Below, piece by piece: positions 19,297-30,200 of a stretch of DNA of 64,000 nt. The stretch covers positions 45,626 through 109,625 of the forward strand of contig CBDDKY010000003.1 of NCBI GenBank assembly GCA_965230455.1, given 5' to 3'. The notes beneath the pieces are model-generated. The model ran no database searches. It worked only from the letters and a program-made list of their open reading frames with translations, and was not told where the DNA came from. Numbering within the stretch: position 1 is the stretch's first letter; each line of letters opens with the position of its first letter. Source of the stretch: Gammaproteobacteria bacterium. Its GTDB lineage: Bacteria; Pseudomonadota; Gammaproteobacteria; CBDDKY01. The translations under genes were made by a program, and so were the position numbers.

Positions 19297-20433
19297 CTAA
19301 CTTAGCACTGCTTTAAGCAAGGGATCTAAAACACGATACTGCTGTTGCTCATCAATAAAGGCATAGTCCTTAAGCAGCAAAGCTTCTAACGAACGATGAA
19401 TGCTTGTACTAGACATTTGCCACTGTAATGCCCAATGCTTGCTGGTAGGCTCTTTGACTTTTTGAGCTTTTGCTAAATTAATGAGTAGCTTGCGTTGATT
19501 AGTCGTTAATAAGCTAATTTCTTGTTCAACACGCGATTGATTTTCCAAAGTATAAATTTGCCATGTCTCTTCTACATCTTTGCGCGTGGGCAGCTGTTCT
19601 TGTTGCCATAACAAAGAACAAAGCTTATTTAAAAAATAACTATGGTTTTCGGTTAATGTTAAAACCTCATGGATAACAGCCTCATCTAGCGCACATTGCC
19701 AATGCACCTGCGCTGCTTTATTGATATAGTTTTGATAATGCTCATTACTAATCCGTTGTATCGTCATTTGATCACAAAGATTATAAAAAGGGCGGTTTCT
19801 ATCATTAAACATAGACTCTATCAAATGGCGCTGACTACCAGAAAACACATAGCGAATAGCTTTACTCTTTTGTACCGCTTCACGAATAGCCGCTTCAATA
19901 CTATGGTTAGGAGCCACTTCTGCTAAAACTTGAAACTCATCTAAAAAAATAATTGCTTGCTGCTTTTTATTAACGAGAAAATTATCAATACGCTCCAACG
20001 CTGCTAATATAATATCAACAGGGCGTCTTTCTTGCCGGTTAAATTCTACCGAGAGCCCCATTTTTTCTATGGCAAATTTTAACTGAAAACCACTAAAAAA
20101 TTCTGTTGCAATTTTAATAAGCTTTTCAGGCGTTGACTCCATACTTGCTAATAACTGGCCAACACCATTTAGCACAAAATGAGCAATATCTTCTTCATTG
20201 AGCGCCTTGTATAAATCAATATGTACAAAAGGCCACGATAATTTCCTCATAGCCTGCAAAGCCAAACTGGTTTTACCATAGCGACGTGGCGATACTAAAA
20301 GGGTGGATATATTATGTTCTAGATTATAATGAAGCCTCTTTAGCTCCACCGTTCTATTGCAAAAGGCTGCTCCCTCCGCCAAAGAAACAGGAAAATAATT
20401 TATCAAACTATCACCTCTATGATGAACACGCAA
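19297..20433 (-). CDS. AAA+ ATPase of the archaeal-ATPase family (PF01637-like, with a DUF234-type C-terminal region). Paralog 1.
   Basis: Walker A 'RRYGKTSL' and Walker B-like 'IIFLDEFQ'. About 40% identical to the 21425-22537 product across the full length. The ORF-track start is a TTG codon. Confidence 0.75.
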   Translation of the reverse strand: MRVHHRGDSLINYFPVSLAEGAAFCNRTVELKRLHYNLEHNISTLLVSPRRYGKTSLALQAMRKLSWPFVHIDLYKALNEEDIAHFVLNGVGQLLASMESTPEKLIKIATEFFSGFQLKFAIEKMGLSVEFNRQERRPVDIILAALERIDNFLVNKKQQAIIFLDEFQVLAEVAPNHSIEAAIREAVQKSKAIRYVFSGSQRHLIESMFNDRNRPFYNLCDQMTIQRISNEHYQNYINKAAQVHWQCALDEAVIHEVLTLTENHSYFLNKLCSLLWQQEQLPTRKDVEETWQIYTLENQSRVEQEISLLTTNQRKLLINLAKAQKVKEPTSKHWALQWQMSSTSIHRSLEALLLKDYAFIDEQQQYRVLDPLLKAVLS

Positions 20434-20446
20434 ATTGTAATACGCA

Positions 20447-20476
20447 AATTGTAATACGCAAATTGCGTATTGTCAA
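20447..20476 (-). promoter_or_regulatory. Near-consensus sigma70 promoter (TTGACA, 17 bp, TACAAT on the minus strand). The spacer is a 17-bp perfect palindrome 'atacgcaaattgcgtat', a likely operator for ATPase paralog 1.
   Basis: On the minus strand 'ttgacaatacgcaatttgcgtattacaat' lies directly upstream of the gene start. It is followed by two direct repeats of 'ttgcgtattacaat'. Confidence 0.5.
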
Positions 20477-20588
20477 AAATACAAGCAACAGCAGCTTAGC
20501 AAACAAATGTTAATACTTACTGATCCCCTCATTTACATTTAAGGAACAAACAGCGAGGAATAAATAAATTTGATATAAGCGGTTGATT

Positions 20589-20743
20589 TTATTGAGAAAG
20601 AAGATCATCATACAGGCTGAACAAACCGAGTGTTTTAGCAACCTCTTTTTGGCATCCCATGGCATCAATAGTGATGATACAACCCTTTATTTCTAGCAGT
20701 TCTAGTAGTTTTGGTATCGCTGTCAGCCATTCCCGCGGACTCA
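20589..20743 (-). pseudogene. ISAs1-family transposase remnant, a 51-codon internal fragment.
   Basis: The minus-strand translation '[40 protein letters not shown]' matches 'ITAIPKLLDLLALEGCIVSIDAMGTQKKIAKKI' of the intact ISAs1 transposase at 40809-41960. Confidence 0.7.
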
Positions 20744-21047
20744 TTAACCCCTTGAAATTAGTGGCCTAGACAGGCATGCTTACTTTATTTTTCGCAACAA
20801 TGAGGATACGTTGCTCATGAAAATCAAGATGCGCAAAAGATTATCAGCCCCAGGCCTGCTTGAGGCTACCAAAACCCGATTTGCTCGTAGTGACAAAATC
20901 GCTTGGTAATTAGACCGACAGTTTGCCTTGGTAATGACAATAGTTCACGGGGTAAAAAAAGATTTAACCTAAAATAGAATATGTTAGGGAACAAAAAAAT
21001 CCTGCCGTGTCGCCGTATTGTGGATAATTTCTTCAGCATACATTGAT

Positions 21048-21327
21048 CCTAAAATCAGCAGTTAAATCACGTTTTTGGCGATAACATCTTGACTTATCTA
21101 AGAAAACAAAAAAAGTCTACATCACCAATAAGGGTGAACCAGAACGATGTGCCAGTGGCACATCGCAGTCTGGTGAGCGCGAGGACAGGATGTCCGAGCT
21201 GGGACTGATAAGAACAAGGGCCGTGCGACAGGATGTCTGTGGCAGTCATTGCTTATTTCCCTTTTTAGTTTCCTTGTCTAAATCAATCTGTTACACCAAA
21301 AAAGCGCGATTTACTGCTGATTTTAGG
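21048..21327 (-). repeat. MITE-like element family R2, copy 1, about 280 bp, with about 24-bp terminal inverted repeats 'cctaaaatcagcagtNaaatc'.
   Basis: Its reverse complement aligns nearly base-for-base with 38991-39320. It contains the perfect internal palindrome 'gatgtgccagtggcacatc'. Confidence 0.75.
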
Positions 21328-21424
21328 TTGATGGCACAAGACCATTGACTGTGAGCATCGCCAAACACACAACTGACGTTCAAAAGCCTAGCGCCCAACC
21401 ATTCACAGGATATTAACCATAGAA

Positions 21425-22537
21425 TCAAATAGATACAGATAGAATAGTTTTAAACAGTGGATCCAAGACTTGATAAGAGCCTTCTTTGTTGCAATAGACA
21501 TAGTCTCGTTGTTCTAATACCGTTAAAGATTGACTAATCGTTGCCCCTGACATTTGAGTCAACGTTTGAAACTCTCGCCCCCTTGGAGCAGCAGTCCCCC
21601 CGCTGCGTGCTAAAAACACCAATAGCTTGCGTTGGTTTTGGCTCAATAAATCCAGCTCACCAGAAACCTGAGAACGCTCTTCGATAGCATAGGCTCGCCA
21701 CAAACCTCTAACTGCTTCTGCTGTTCTATCGTCTAATTTCCACAGCCTAGAACATAATAAATTAACATAATAAGGGTGCCTTTCTGTACAATTAAAAATT
21801 TCTATCAACACCTCGGGTTCTAAAGGAACACCCCACGTTTCCACTGCTGCACGCTGTATATAAGCCTGATAATGCGCTTCGCTGATACGCTCTAAACCAA
21901 TGCGATCGCACAATTTATAAAAAGGACGATTTTTATCGCTAAATATTAATTGCAATAAATGCCTATTACTACCCGAAAAAATAAATGACATACTCTTCGA
22001 TGCCTGAGCTACTTGTCGTATCACACTCTCAATGGCACAATTTTCAGTTACCTCATAAATACGCTGAAATTCATCAAAAAATAAAATTAATTTTTGTTGG
22101 TATTTTTTACTTAAAATCTCAACACGCTGCAATATTTGCAGAATATTCGTGCTGGAATCCTGGCTGGGTTTATTAATTTCTACACTTAACCCTAGACCAT
22201 CAAAAGCCAACCTTATACTCAGCCCTGCAAACAAGTCCGCGGCTAATTTTAAAGCCTTTTTAGGACCTTTCTCTATACGAGTGATCAACTCACCAACGCC
22301 TTTTAAGATAATTTTTTCAATATCCGTTTCTGTAATTGCTGATAAAAAGTCAAAATGCGCATAATGAAATTGAACACTATTAATAGCATTAATGGCAAGA
22401 CTGGTTTTACCATAACGCCTTGTAGCGATTAATAGCGTTGGCCTAGATTCTTTCAAATTAAAGATTAATGCTTGTAGTTCTGCCTGGCGGTTGCAAAAAT
22501 TATCATCTACCGCCAGCGCTAAAGGAAAATAATCCAT
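21425..22537 (-). CDS. AAA+ ATPase of the archaeal-ATPase family (PF01637-like). Paralog 2.
   Basis: 'MDYFPLALAVDDNFCNRQAELQALIFNLKESRPTLLIATRRYGKTSL' parallels paralog 1. Walker B 'ILFFDEFQ'. Confidence 0.75.
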   Translation of the reverse strand: MDYFPLALAVDDNFCNRQAELQALIFNLKESRPTLLIATRRYGKTSLAINAINSVQFHYAHFDFLSAITETDIEKIILKGVGELITRIEKGPKKALKLAADLFAGLSIRLAFDGLGLSVEINKPSQDSSTNILQILQRVEILSKKYQQKLILFFDEFQRIYEVTENCAIESVIRQVAQASKSMSFIFSGSNRHLLQLIFSDKNRPFYKLCDRIGLERISEAHYQAYIQRAAVETWGVPLEPEVLIEIFNCTERHPYYVNLLCSRLWKLDDRTAEAVRGLWRAYAIEERSQVSGELDLLSQNQRKLLVFLARSGGTAAPRGREFQTLTQMSGATISQSLTVLEQRDYVYCNKEGSYQVLDPLFKTILSVSI

Positions 22538-22548
22538 GCTACATCCTG

Positions 22549-22591
22549 GGAAAATGTCATATTATATGCGTCATATTATATGACATTTTCC
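22549..22591 (-). promoter_or_regulatory. 43-bp near-perfect palindrome immediately upstream of ATPase paralog 2, a candidate operator. It is repeated in degenerate form at 22636-22676.
   Basis: 'ggaaaatgtcatattatatgcgtcatattatatgacattttcc'. The second copy is 'gaaaatgtcatcttgtatgcgtcatattttatgac'. Confidence 0.45.
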
Positions 22592-22748
22592 AAAGAAGAG
22601 CAACAAACTATAACTCATTGAAAAATAAATTAAAATTATACAATCAGAAAATGTCATCTTGTATGCGTCATATTTTATGACTATTTGAAAGCGAAAAATG
22701 GGATTAGAGAATAGAAGATACAGGATTGACGCCACAACTATCTGTCTT

Positions 22749-24920
22749 CTATCCTCCCGCAAAAGCCACAGCCGCCACCAGCCATTTAATGCCATGCTGA
22801 GCAAAATTGACTTGTACTCGGGCTTGTTCGCCTTTGCCTTCTATTTGCAAAATCAATCCTTCACCAAACTTCTTGTGCTGAACGGTTTGCCCCACATAGT
22901 AACCCGAAGCATGAGCATCTGAAGCAGAGGCTTTATAAGCATAGGGGGTTTTGCGGCCCCCCTTCACAATACGCGTTTGCATGCGTACGCTTTGTAACAG
23001 TTCTTCAGGGATTTCAGACAAAAAGCGCGAGGGGCGCTGGTATTGATCAGTACCATAGATATAGCGCTTCTCTGCATGGGATACATATAATTTCTCCATG
23101 GCGCGCGTAATACCCACATAACAAAGGCGCCGCTCTTCTTCCATACGGCCCGGGTCGTGCATAGATAGTTTATGGGGAAAAATGCCTTCTTCTAGCCCTA
23201 ATAAAAATACCACGGGAAATTCTAGACCTTTGGCGGCATGCAGCGTCATTAACTGTACGCAATGGGTCGTATCACTTTGCCCTTCACCGGCTTCCAAAGC
23301 GCTGTAGGTTAAAAAAGCCTGCAATGAACTATTGGAGCCCGTATCCTCTGACTCCACATTAAAACGCCCGGCAGCGGTCACTAATTCCGCTAAGTTTTCC
23401 TCGCGCACTTGGGCTTTGGTGGGGCCTTCTTTGAGATAGTGCGACATTAAATGACTTTCTTCTACGACTTTTTTAACGGTATCTTTTAATAAGGTGTTTT
23501 CGCAGCTTTCTGTCAACGTCGTAATAAGTTGCAAGAAACTTTCTAAAGCATTAGCTGCACGCGCGGCTAACTCATGCTGTTCTAAGAGGAATAAAGTCGC
23601 TTGCCATAACGATAAGGCTTCTGAACGCGCCGTATCACGCAACAGTTCTAATGTGCGCTGACCAATTCCCCTGGCTGGCACATTGACAACGCGTTCGAAT
23701 GCACTGTCGTCTTCTCGATTGCAAACCAAACGCAAATAAGCCAAGGCATCTTTAATTTCAGCGCGTTCAAAAAATCGCATGCCGCCGTAAACACGATAAG
23801 GCACACTAGCCTGTAATAACGCTTCCTCAAGAATGCGTGACTGCGCATTAGAGCGATATAATAAAGCCATATGCTCGTAGGGAGTCCCTTCAGCTGCACG
23901 GGCTTGAATTTGACTCACCACATAGCTGGTCTCATCCATATCGCTATAAGCGCTGTATAAGGTAATAGGCTCGCCGGCTTTATCTTCAGTCCAGAGGGAT
24001 TTTCCTAATCTATCACCGTTATTTTCAATCAAGGCATTGGCGGCTTGTAGAATGGTCTCTGTGGAACGATAATTTTGCTCCAAACGCACCATCTTTGCGC
24101 CTTTAAAATCTGTTTGGAAGCGATGGATATTATCCATTTGTGCGCCACGCCAGCCATAAATGGACTGGTCATCATCACCCACTATCATGATGTGATTATT
24201 CTTACCCACTAACAAACGCAACCACGCATATTGTAATTTATTGGTGTCCTGGAACTCATCCACCAAAACATGTTTAAACCGTTGTTGATAGTGCGCTAAA
24301 ATCTCCGGATTATTGAGCAATAATTCATGGGCACGCAGCAGTAATTCAGCAAAATCCAGCAAACCCGCCCGTTCACAGGCTTCTTGATAATCTCGATAGA
24401 CCGAACGCATGACCTCTTTATGGTGATCATATTCTGGCCCAATGCTTTCAGGACGCAAACCTTCGTCTTTTTTGCCGTTAATATAACCTTGCACCTGACG
24501 CGGCGGCCAGCGTTTTTCGTCAATGTCACGCGCTTTTAAAATACGCTTAATAAGGCGCAGTTGGTCGTCAGAATCGATAATTTGGAAGTTTTCTAATAAC
24601 TTAGCCGCTTCCCAATGCGTACGCAGCAAGCGGTGGGCAATATGGTGAAAGGTGCCTACCCACATGCCATGCACTGACATGCCCATAAGCTGCTGAATAC
24701 GGCCTCGCATTTCTGCCGCGGCTTTATTGGTAAAGGTCACCGCTAATAAACTAAAAGGTGAACAGTGTTCTTGCTCCAAGAGCCAAGCAATACGATGCAC
24801 CAACACACGGGTCTTACCACTGCCAGCGCCAGCTAAAACCAGAGCATGCATGGCAGGCAAGGCCACAGCTTCACGCTGGGCCTCATTCAGTTCAGCTAAT
24901 AAGTGATGGGAATTATCCAT
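22749..24920 (-). CDS. uvrD: DNA helicase II.
   Basis: 723 aa. N-terminal 'LLAELNEAQREAV...LVLAGAGSGKTRVL' (helicase motif I), 'VLVDEFQDTN', 'IMIVGDDDQSIYGWRGA', 'YRSN.QSR' and a C-terminal UvrD-specific tail. Confidence 0.93.
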   Translation of the reverse strand: MDNSHHLLAELNEAQREAVALPAMHALVLAGAGSGKTRVLVHRIAWLLEQEHCSPFSLLAVTFTNKAAAEMRGRIQQLMGMSVHGMWVGTFHHIAHRLLRTHWEAAKLLENFQIIDSDDQLRLIKRILKARDIDEKRWPPRQVQGYINGKKDEGLRPESIGPEYDHHKEVMRSVYRDYQEACERAGLLDFAELLLRAHELLLNNPEILAHYQQRFKHVLVDEFQDTNKLQYAWLRLLVGKNNHIMIVGDDDQSIYGWRGAQMDNIHRFQTDFKGAKMVRLEQNYRSTETILQAANALIENNGDRLGKSLWTEDKAGEPITLYSAYSDMDETSYVVSQIQARAAEGTPYEHMALLYRSNAQSRILEEALLQASVPYRVYGGMRFFERAEIKDALAYLRLVCNREDDSAFERVVNVPARGIGQRTLELLRDTARSEALSLWQATLFLLEQHELAARAANALESFLQLITTLTESCENTLLKDTVKKVVEESHLMSHYLKEGPTKAQVREENLAELVTAAGRFNVESEDTGSNSSLQAFLTYSALEAGEGQSDTTHCVQLMTLHAAKGLEFPVVFLLGLEEGIFPHKLSMHDPGRMEEERRLCYVGITRAMEKLYVSHAEKRYIYGTDQYQRPSRFLSEIPEELLQSVRMQTRIVKGGRKTPYAYKASASDAHASGYYVGQTVQHKKFGEGLILQIEGKGEQARVQVNFAQHGIKWLVAAVAFAGG

Positions 24921-25015
24921 AGCAATCTCAATCTGTTCAAGCAGAGGATATTTTATAGGGCTTGCTCCCGAGAAGCAAAGGCTCTATCCTACCGTACACT
25001 TTTCCTCTTTAAGCA

Positions 25016-27232
25016 TTGCTACTGAGTTATACTGTGAATTGCATCCTGGAAATAGCGCTGCCGGTTCCTCTCAGGCGCTGTTTTGATTATTTACCGCCAG
25101 AAGACTGTGCTACTGATAAGCTAGTCCCGGGGCAACGTCTCTGTGTACCTTTTGGACGCCGGCAATTAATCGGCATTTTGGTGGATATAAAAGACCGCAG
25201 CAGCGTGCCTGCTGATGCGTTAAAGTCAGCCATTTCCTTATTAGACACCACCCCCCTTTTATCAAACGACTATTTAACCCTGAGCCAACAGATAGCCCAT
25301 TATTACCACTATCCTCTGGGCGAAGTCTTACATTGCTTTTTACCCACAGCACTACGTCAAGGAAAGGCGGCCAACATCAACCACCCTACCTATTGGGCAT
25401 TAACCTCTGAAGGTTTGGCTCTCGACGTAGAACTTTTGAAAAGGGCCCCAAGGCAAAAAGCGCTCATCAATCTCTTGCGTGCGCAAAAAAAACCTTTGCC
25501 CCAGGCCTCTCTTACCGCCAAAGGCTTTACTAACACACAATTAAAAAGCCTTGCTAATAAGAATTATATTCATAATCCTCTCTATCATGAATACGCCACA
25601 GATGCGACCAGCCGTCAAGAAGAAAAGCTCACGCTCAATGAACAGCAGCAACAAGCACTCAACCATATTGTCCAACATTTGCATCATTTTCAATGTTTAT
25701 TGCTACATGGAATAACCGGCAGTGGAAAAACCGAAGTCTATTTACAAGCCATTGATGCCGTTGTACAACAAGGAAAGTCTGCCTTGATATTGGTACCAGA
25801 AATTGGCTTAACGCCACAAACCATTACCCGTTTCCAAAAACGCTTTAAGGGTCCCGTGGTCGCTCTGCATTCACATCTCAACGACACGGAACGCGCAAAT
25901 GCTTGGCTACAAGCAAGCCAAGGGTTGACACCTATCGTTATTGGCACACGCTCGGCGCTCTTAACACCTTTACCTAAACTAGGCATTATTATTGTGGATG
26001 AAGAACATGATTTATCCTTTAAACAGCAGGATACGCTACGCTACTCAGCCCGTGACATGGCCATTTTGCGCGCCAAATACAGCAATATCCCTATTGTATT
26101 AGGCAGTGCAACGCCTTCCTTGGAAAGTCTACTTAATGTGGAAAAGGAAAAATTTAAGCGCTTAAACTTACCTAATCGCGCCGGGAACGCCCATAAGCCG
26201 CACTTTGAAATTTTGGATATTCGCGGTCAAAAACTCGATGAAGGCTTGTCCAACCGTTTATTAGCAACCATCCGCACCCATCTTGAAGCCGGCAATCAAG
26301 TATTACTTTTTTTAAATAGGCGTGGCTTTGCGCCGGTTTTATTTTGTCATCACTGTGGTTGGATTGCTAGCTGCTCACACTGTGATGCTCATATGACCTA
26401 TCATCGTCAACCTGAGCGCCTTTATTGCCACCACTGCGCAAATCAAGGAAAATCAACCACACAATGCCCACACTGCCAGCAAAAAGCCATGCTACCTTTG
26501 GGCGTTGGTACGCAACGTTTAGAAGAAAAGCTGCAAACCCTTTTCCCCGATTTCCCCATTCTGCGCATTGACAAAGACACAACGCGAACCAAGCATGGCC
26601 TACAAAAAAAATTAGCCTGTATTAATCAAGGTGAACCGCATATTCTACTGGGCACACAAATGCTCGCCAAAGGCCATCATTTTCCCCATGTTACTTTAGT
26701 TGCTATTTTAGAAGTGGATAATGGCCTGTTTAGTGTGGATTTTCGAGCAACAGAACGCTTAGGACAGTTAATTCTTCAAGTGGCAGGACGCGCTGGGCGT
26801 GCTGAGAAAAAGGGCACGGTTTTTTTACAAACCCACCAGCCACACCACGAGCTTTTTCATGATTTAATTCATAAAGATTATGATTATTTTGCTAAAAAAA
26901 TACTCCTGGAAAGAAAACAAGCACATCTGCCTCCCTATGGGCATACAGCGCTATTACGAGCCGATGCCAAGCAACGCCATGAGGCTTGGCATTTTTTAGA
27001 AGAAGCAAAAAGACTTGCTGCATCGTTAAGAACATCCGTGCAGATATTAGGACCTGCGCCAGCCCCCATGGAAAAACGGGCTGACCGATACCGTGCACAA
27101 TTATTTTTACAAAGCCAACGTCGCCCCCTATTACATGCGTTTTTAACACATTGGCTTGCTAAACTGGAAAAACTGCAGAAAAATAGAGCGGTGCGTTGGT
27201 CCTTGGATGTGGACCCACAAGAGATGTGTTAG
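25016..27232 (+). CDS. priA: Primosomal protein N' (replication restart helicase).
   Basis: Walker A 'GITGSGKTEVY', 'DEEHD', a Cys-rich zinc-binding region 'CHHCGW..CSHCD...CHHC...CPHC', and a C-terminal domain typical of PriA. Confidence 0.93.
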   Translation: MLLSYTVNCILEIALPVPLRRCFDYLPPEDCATDKLVPGQRLCVPFGRRQLIGILVDIKDRSSVPADALKSAISLLDTTPLLSNDYLTLSQQIAHYYHYPLGEVLHCFLPTALRQGKAANINHPTYWALTSEGLALDVELLKRAPRQKALINLLRAQKKPLPQASLTAKGFTNTQLKSLANKNYIHNPLYHEYATDATSRQEEKLTLNEQQQQALNHIVQHLHHFQCLLLHGITGSGKTEVYLQAIDAVVQQGKSALILVPEIGLTPQTITRFQKRFKGPVVALHSHLNDTERANAWLQASQGLTPIVIGTRSALLTPLPKLGIIIVDEEHDLSFKQQDTLRYSARDMAILRAKYSNIPIVLGSATPSLESLLNVEKEKFKRLNLPNRAGNAHKPHFEILDIRGQKLDEGLSNRLLATIRTHLEAGNQVLLFLNRRGFAPVLFCHHCGWIASCSHCDAHMTYHRQPERLYCHHCANQGKSTTQCPHCQQKAMLPLGVGTQRLEEKLQTLFPDFPILRIDKDTTRTKHGLQKKLACINQGEPHILLGTQMLAKGHHFPHVTLVAILEVDNGLFSVDFRATERLGQLILQVAGRAGRAEKKGTVFLQTHQPHHELFHDLIHKDYDYFAKKILLERKQAHLPPYGHTALLRADAKQRHEAWHFLEEAKRLAASLRTSVQILGPAPAPMEKRADRYRAQLFLQSQRRPLLHAFLTHWLAKLEKLQKNRAVRWSLDVDPQEMC

Positions 27233-27261
27233 TGCCCTCATTTATCACCCTCGCCTAGGGC

Positions 27262-30200
27262 GTGTCATCAATTACCCAGCTCTGAGTAATAAACTAACGG
27301 GTACGCCCGAAAAAATACACTCTCTCTCAGTAGCTTGCAGCCCCTCTTACTCGTCTTTGCGAGCGGCAGCGAAGCAATCCAGGGTGGTAGGCTGACTTGT
27401 TCTATTTTTTCAGTGAACTAGAAACAGGTATGCCCTCTCTTGAACAAGGCAAGGCGTTATGTATTCAGAATGCACAGCTTCGTGGTTTAAACTTTCCTAG
27501 GATTTAATTTGGATTGCCGCGCTGCCGCTCGCAACGACGAATAAGGTGGTGCGTAACAAGTTGATGTAGAATGGTTTTTTTAGGGTGTGCTTGGGCGTTC
27601 ATCATTGCCGCTCGCAAGGACGAATAAGGTGGCGCGTAACAAGTTGGTGTAGAATGATTTTTTTAGGATGTACTTGAGCGTTCATCATTCCTTGTAAAAG
27701 CAAACCGTATTGAGTAATAAACTAACGAGCACACCATAAAAGAAGCATTTCCTTTCAATAGCTTACGGGCCCTCTTACTCGTCTTTGCGAGCGGCAGCGA
27801 AGCAATCCAGGGTGGTAGGCTGACTTGTTCTATTTTTTCAGTGAACTAGAAACAGGTATGCCCTCTCTTGAACAAGGCAAGGCGTTATGTATTCAGAATG
27901 CACAGCTTCGTGGTTTAAACTTTCCTAGGATTTAATTTGGATTGCCGCGCTGCCGCTCGCAACGACGAATAAGGTGGTGCGTAACAAATTGATGTAGAAT
28001 GGTTTTTTTAGGGTGTGCTTGGGCGTTCATCATTCCTTGTAAAAGCAAACCGTACTGAGTAATAAACTAACGGGTACACCATAAAAGAAGCATTTCCTTT
28101 CAATGGCTTACATGCTCTCTTACTCGTCTTTGCGAGCGGCAGCGAAGCAATCCAGGGTGGTAGGCTGACTTGTTTTATTTTTTCAGTGAACTAGAAACAG
28201 GTATGCCCTCTCTTGAACAAGGCAAGGCGTTATGTATTCAGAATGCACAGCTTCGTGGTTTAAACTTTCCTAGGATTTAATTTGGATTGCCGCGCTGCCG
28301 CTCGCAACGACGAATAAGGTGGTGCGTAACAAATTGATGTAGAATGGTTTTTTTAGGGTGTGCTTGAGCGTTCATCATTTCTTGTGAAAGCAAACCGTAC
28401 TGAGTCATAAACTAACGGGTACACCATAAAAGAAGCATTTCCTTTCAATGGCTTACATGCTCTCTTACTCGTCTTTGCGAGCGGCAGCGAAGCAATCCAG
28501 GGTGGTAGGCTGACTTGTTCTATTTTTTCAGTGAACTAGAAACAGGTATGCCCTCTCTTGAACAAGGCAAGGCGTTATGTATTCAGAATGCACAGCTTCG
28601 TGGTTTAAACTTTCCTAGGATTTAATTTGGATTGCCGCGCTGCCGCTCGCAACGACGACTAAGGTGGTGCGTAACAAGTTGGTGTAGAATGATTTTTTAG
28701 GGTGTGCTTGGGCGTTCATCGTTTCTTGTGAAAACAAACCGTACTGAGTAATAAACTAACGGGTACACCATAAAAGAAGTATTGCCTTTCAATGACTTAC
28801 GTGCTCTCTTACTCGTCCTTGCGAGCGGCAGCGCGGCAATCCAGGGTGGCAAGCTGACGTGTCCTTTTTTTTGATGCCTGACCCGTGGGTATGCCCTTCT
28901 TGAACAAGACAGGGCATTAGGCGCTCAGTGCGCACGGCTTTGTGGTTGACACTTTCCTACCGTTCAACTTGGGTCGCGTCGCTGCCGCTCGCAACGACGA
29001 ATAAGGTGGTGCGTAACAAATTGATGTAGAATGGTTTTTTTAGGGTGTGCTTGAGCGTTCATCATTCCTTGTGAAAGCAAATCGTACTGAGTAATAAACT
29101 AACGGGTACACCATAAAAGAAGCATTTCCTTTCAATGGCTTACATGCTCTCTTACTCGTCTTTGCGAGCGGCAGCGAAGCAATCCAGGGTGGTAGGCTGA
29201 CTTATTCTATTTTTTCAGTGAACTAGAAACAGGTATGCCCTCTCTTGAACAAGGCAAGGCGCTATGTGTGCAGAGTCCATAGCTTCGTGGTTTAAACTTT
29301 CCTAGGATTTAATTTGGATTGCTTCGCTGCCGCTCGCAACGACGAATAAGGTGGTGCGTAACAAGTTGGTGTAGAATGGTTTTTTTAGGGTGTGCTTGGG
29401 CGTTCATCATTCCTTGTAAAAGCAAACCGTACTGAGTAATAAACTAACGGGTACACCATAAAAGAAGCATTTCCTTTCAATGGCTTACATGCTCTCTTAC
29501 TCGTCTTTGCGAGCGGCAGCGAAGCAATCCAGGGCGGTAGGCTGACTTGTTCTATTTTTTCAGTGAACTAGAAACAGGTATGCCCTCTCTTGAACAAGGC
29601 AAGGCGTTATGTATTCAGAATGCACAGCTTCGTGGTTTAAACTTTCCTAGGATTTAATTTGGATTGCTTCGCTGCCGCTCGCAACGACGACTAAGGTGGT
29701 GCGTAACAAGTTGGTGTAGAATGATTTTTTAGGGTGTGCTTGGGCGTTCATCATTCCTTGTGAAAGCAAATCGTACTGAGTAATAAACTAACGGGTACAC
29801 CATAAAAGAAGCATTTCCTTTCAATGGCTTACATGCTCTCTTACTCGTCTTTGCGAGCGGCAGCGAAGCAATCCAGGGTGGTAGGCTGACTTGTTCTATT
29901 TTTTCAGTGAACTAGAAACAGGTATGCCCTCTCTTGAACAAGGCAAGGCGTTATGTATTCAGAATGCACAGCTTCGTGGTTTAAACTTTCCTAGGATTTA
30001 ATTTGGATTGCCGCGCTGCCGCTCGCAACGACGAATAAGGTGGTGCGTAACAAGTTGATGTAGAATGGTTTTTTTAGGGTGTGCTTGAGCGTTCATCATT
30101 TCTTGTGAAAGCAAACCGTACTGAGTCATAAACTAACGAGCACACCATAAAAGAAGCATTTCCTTTCAATAGCTTACGGGCCCTCTTACTCGTCTTTGCG

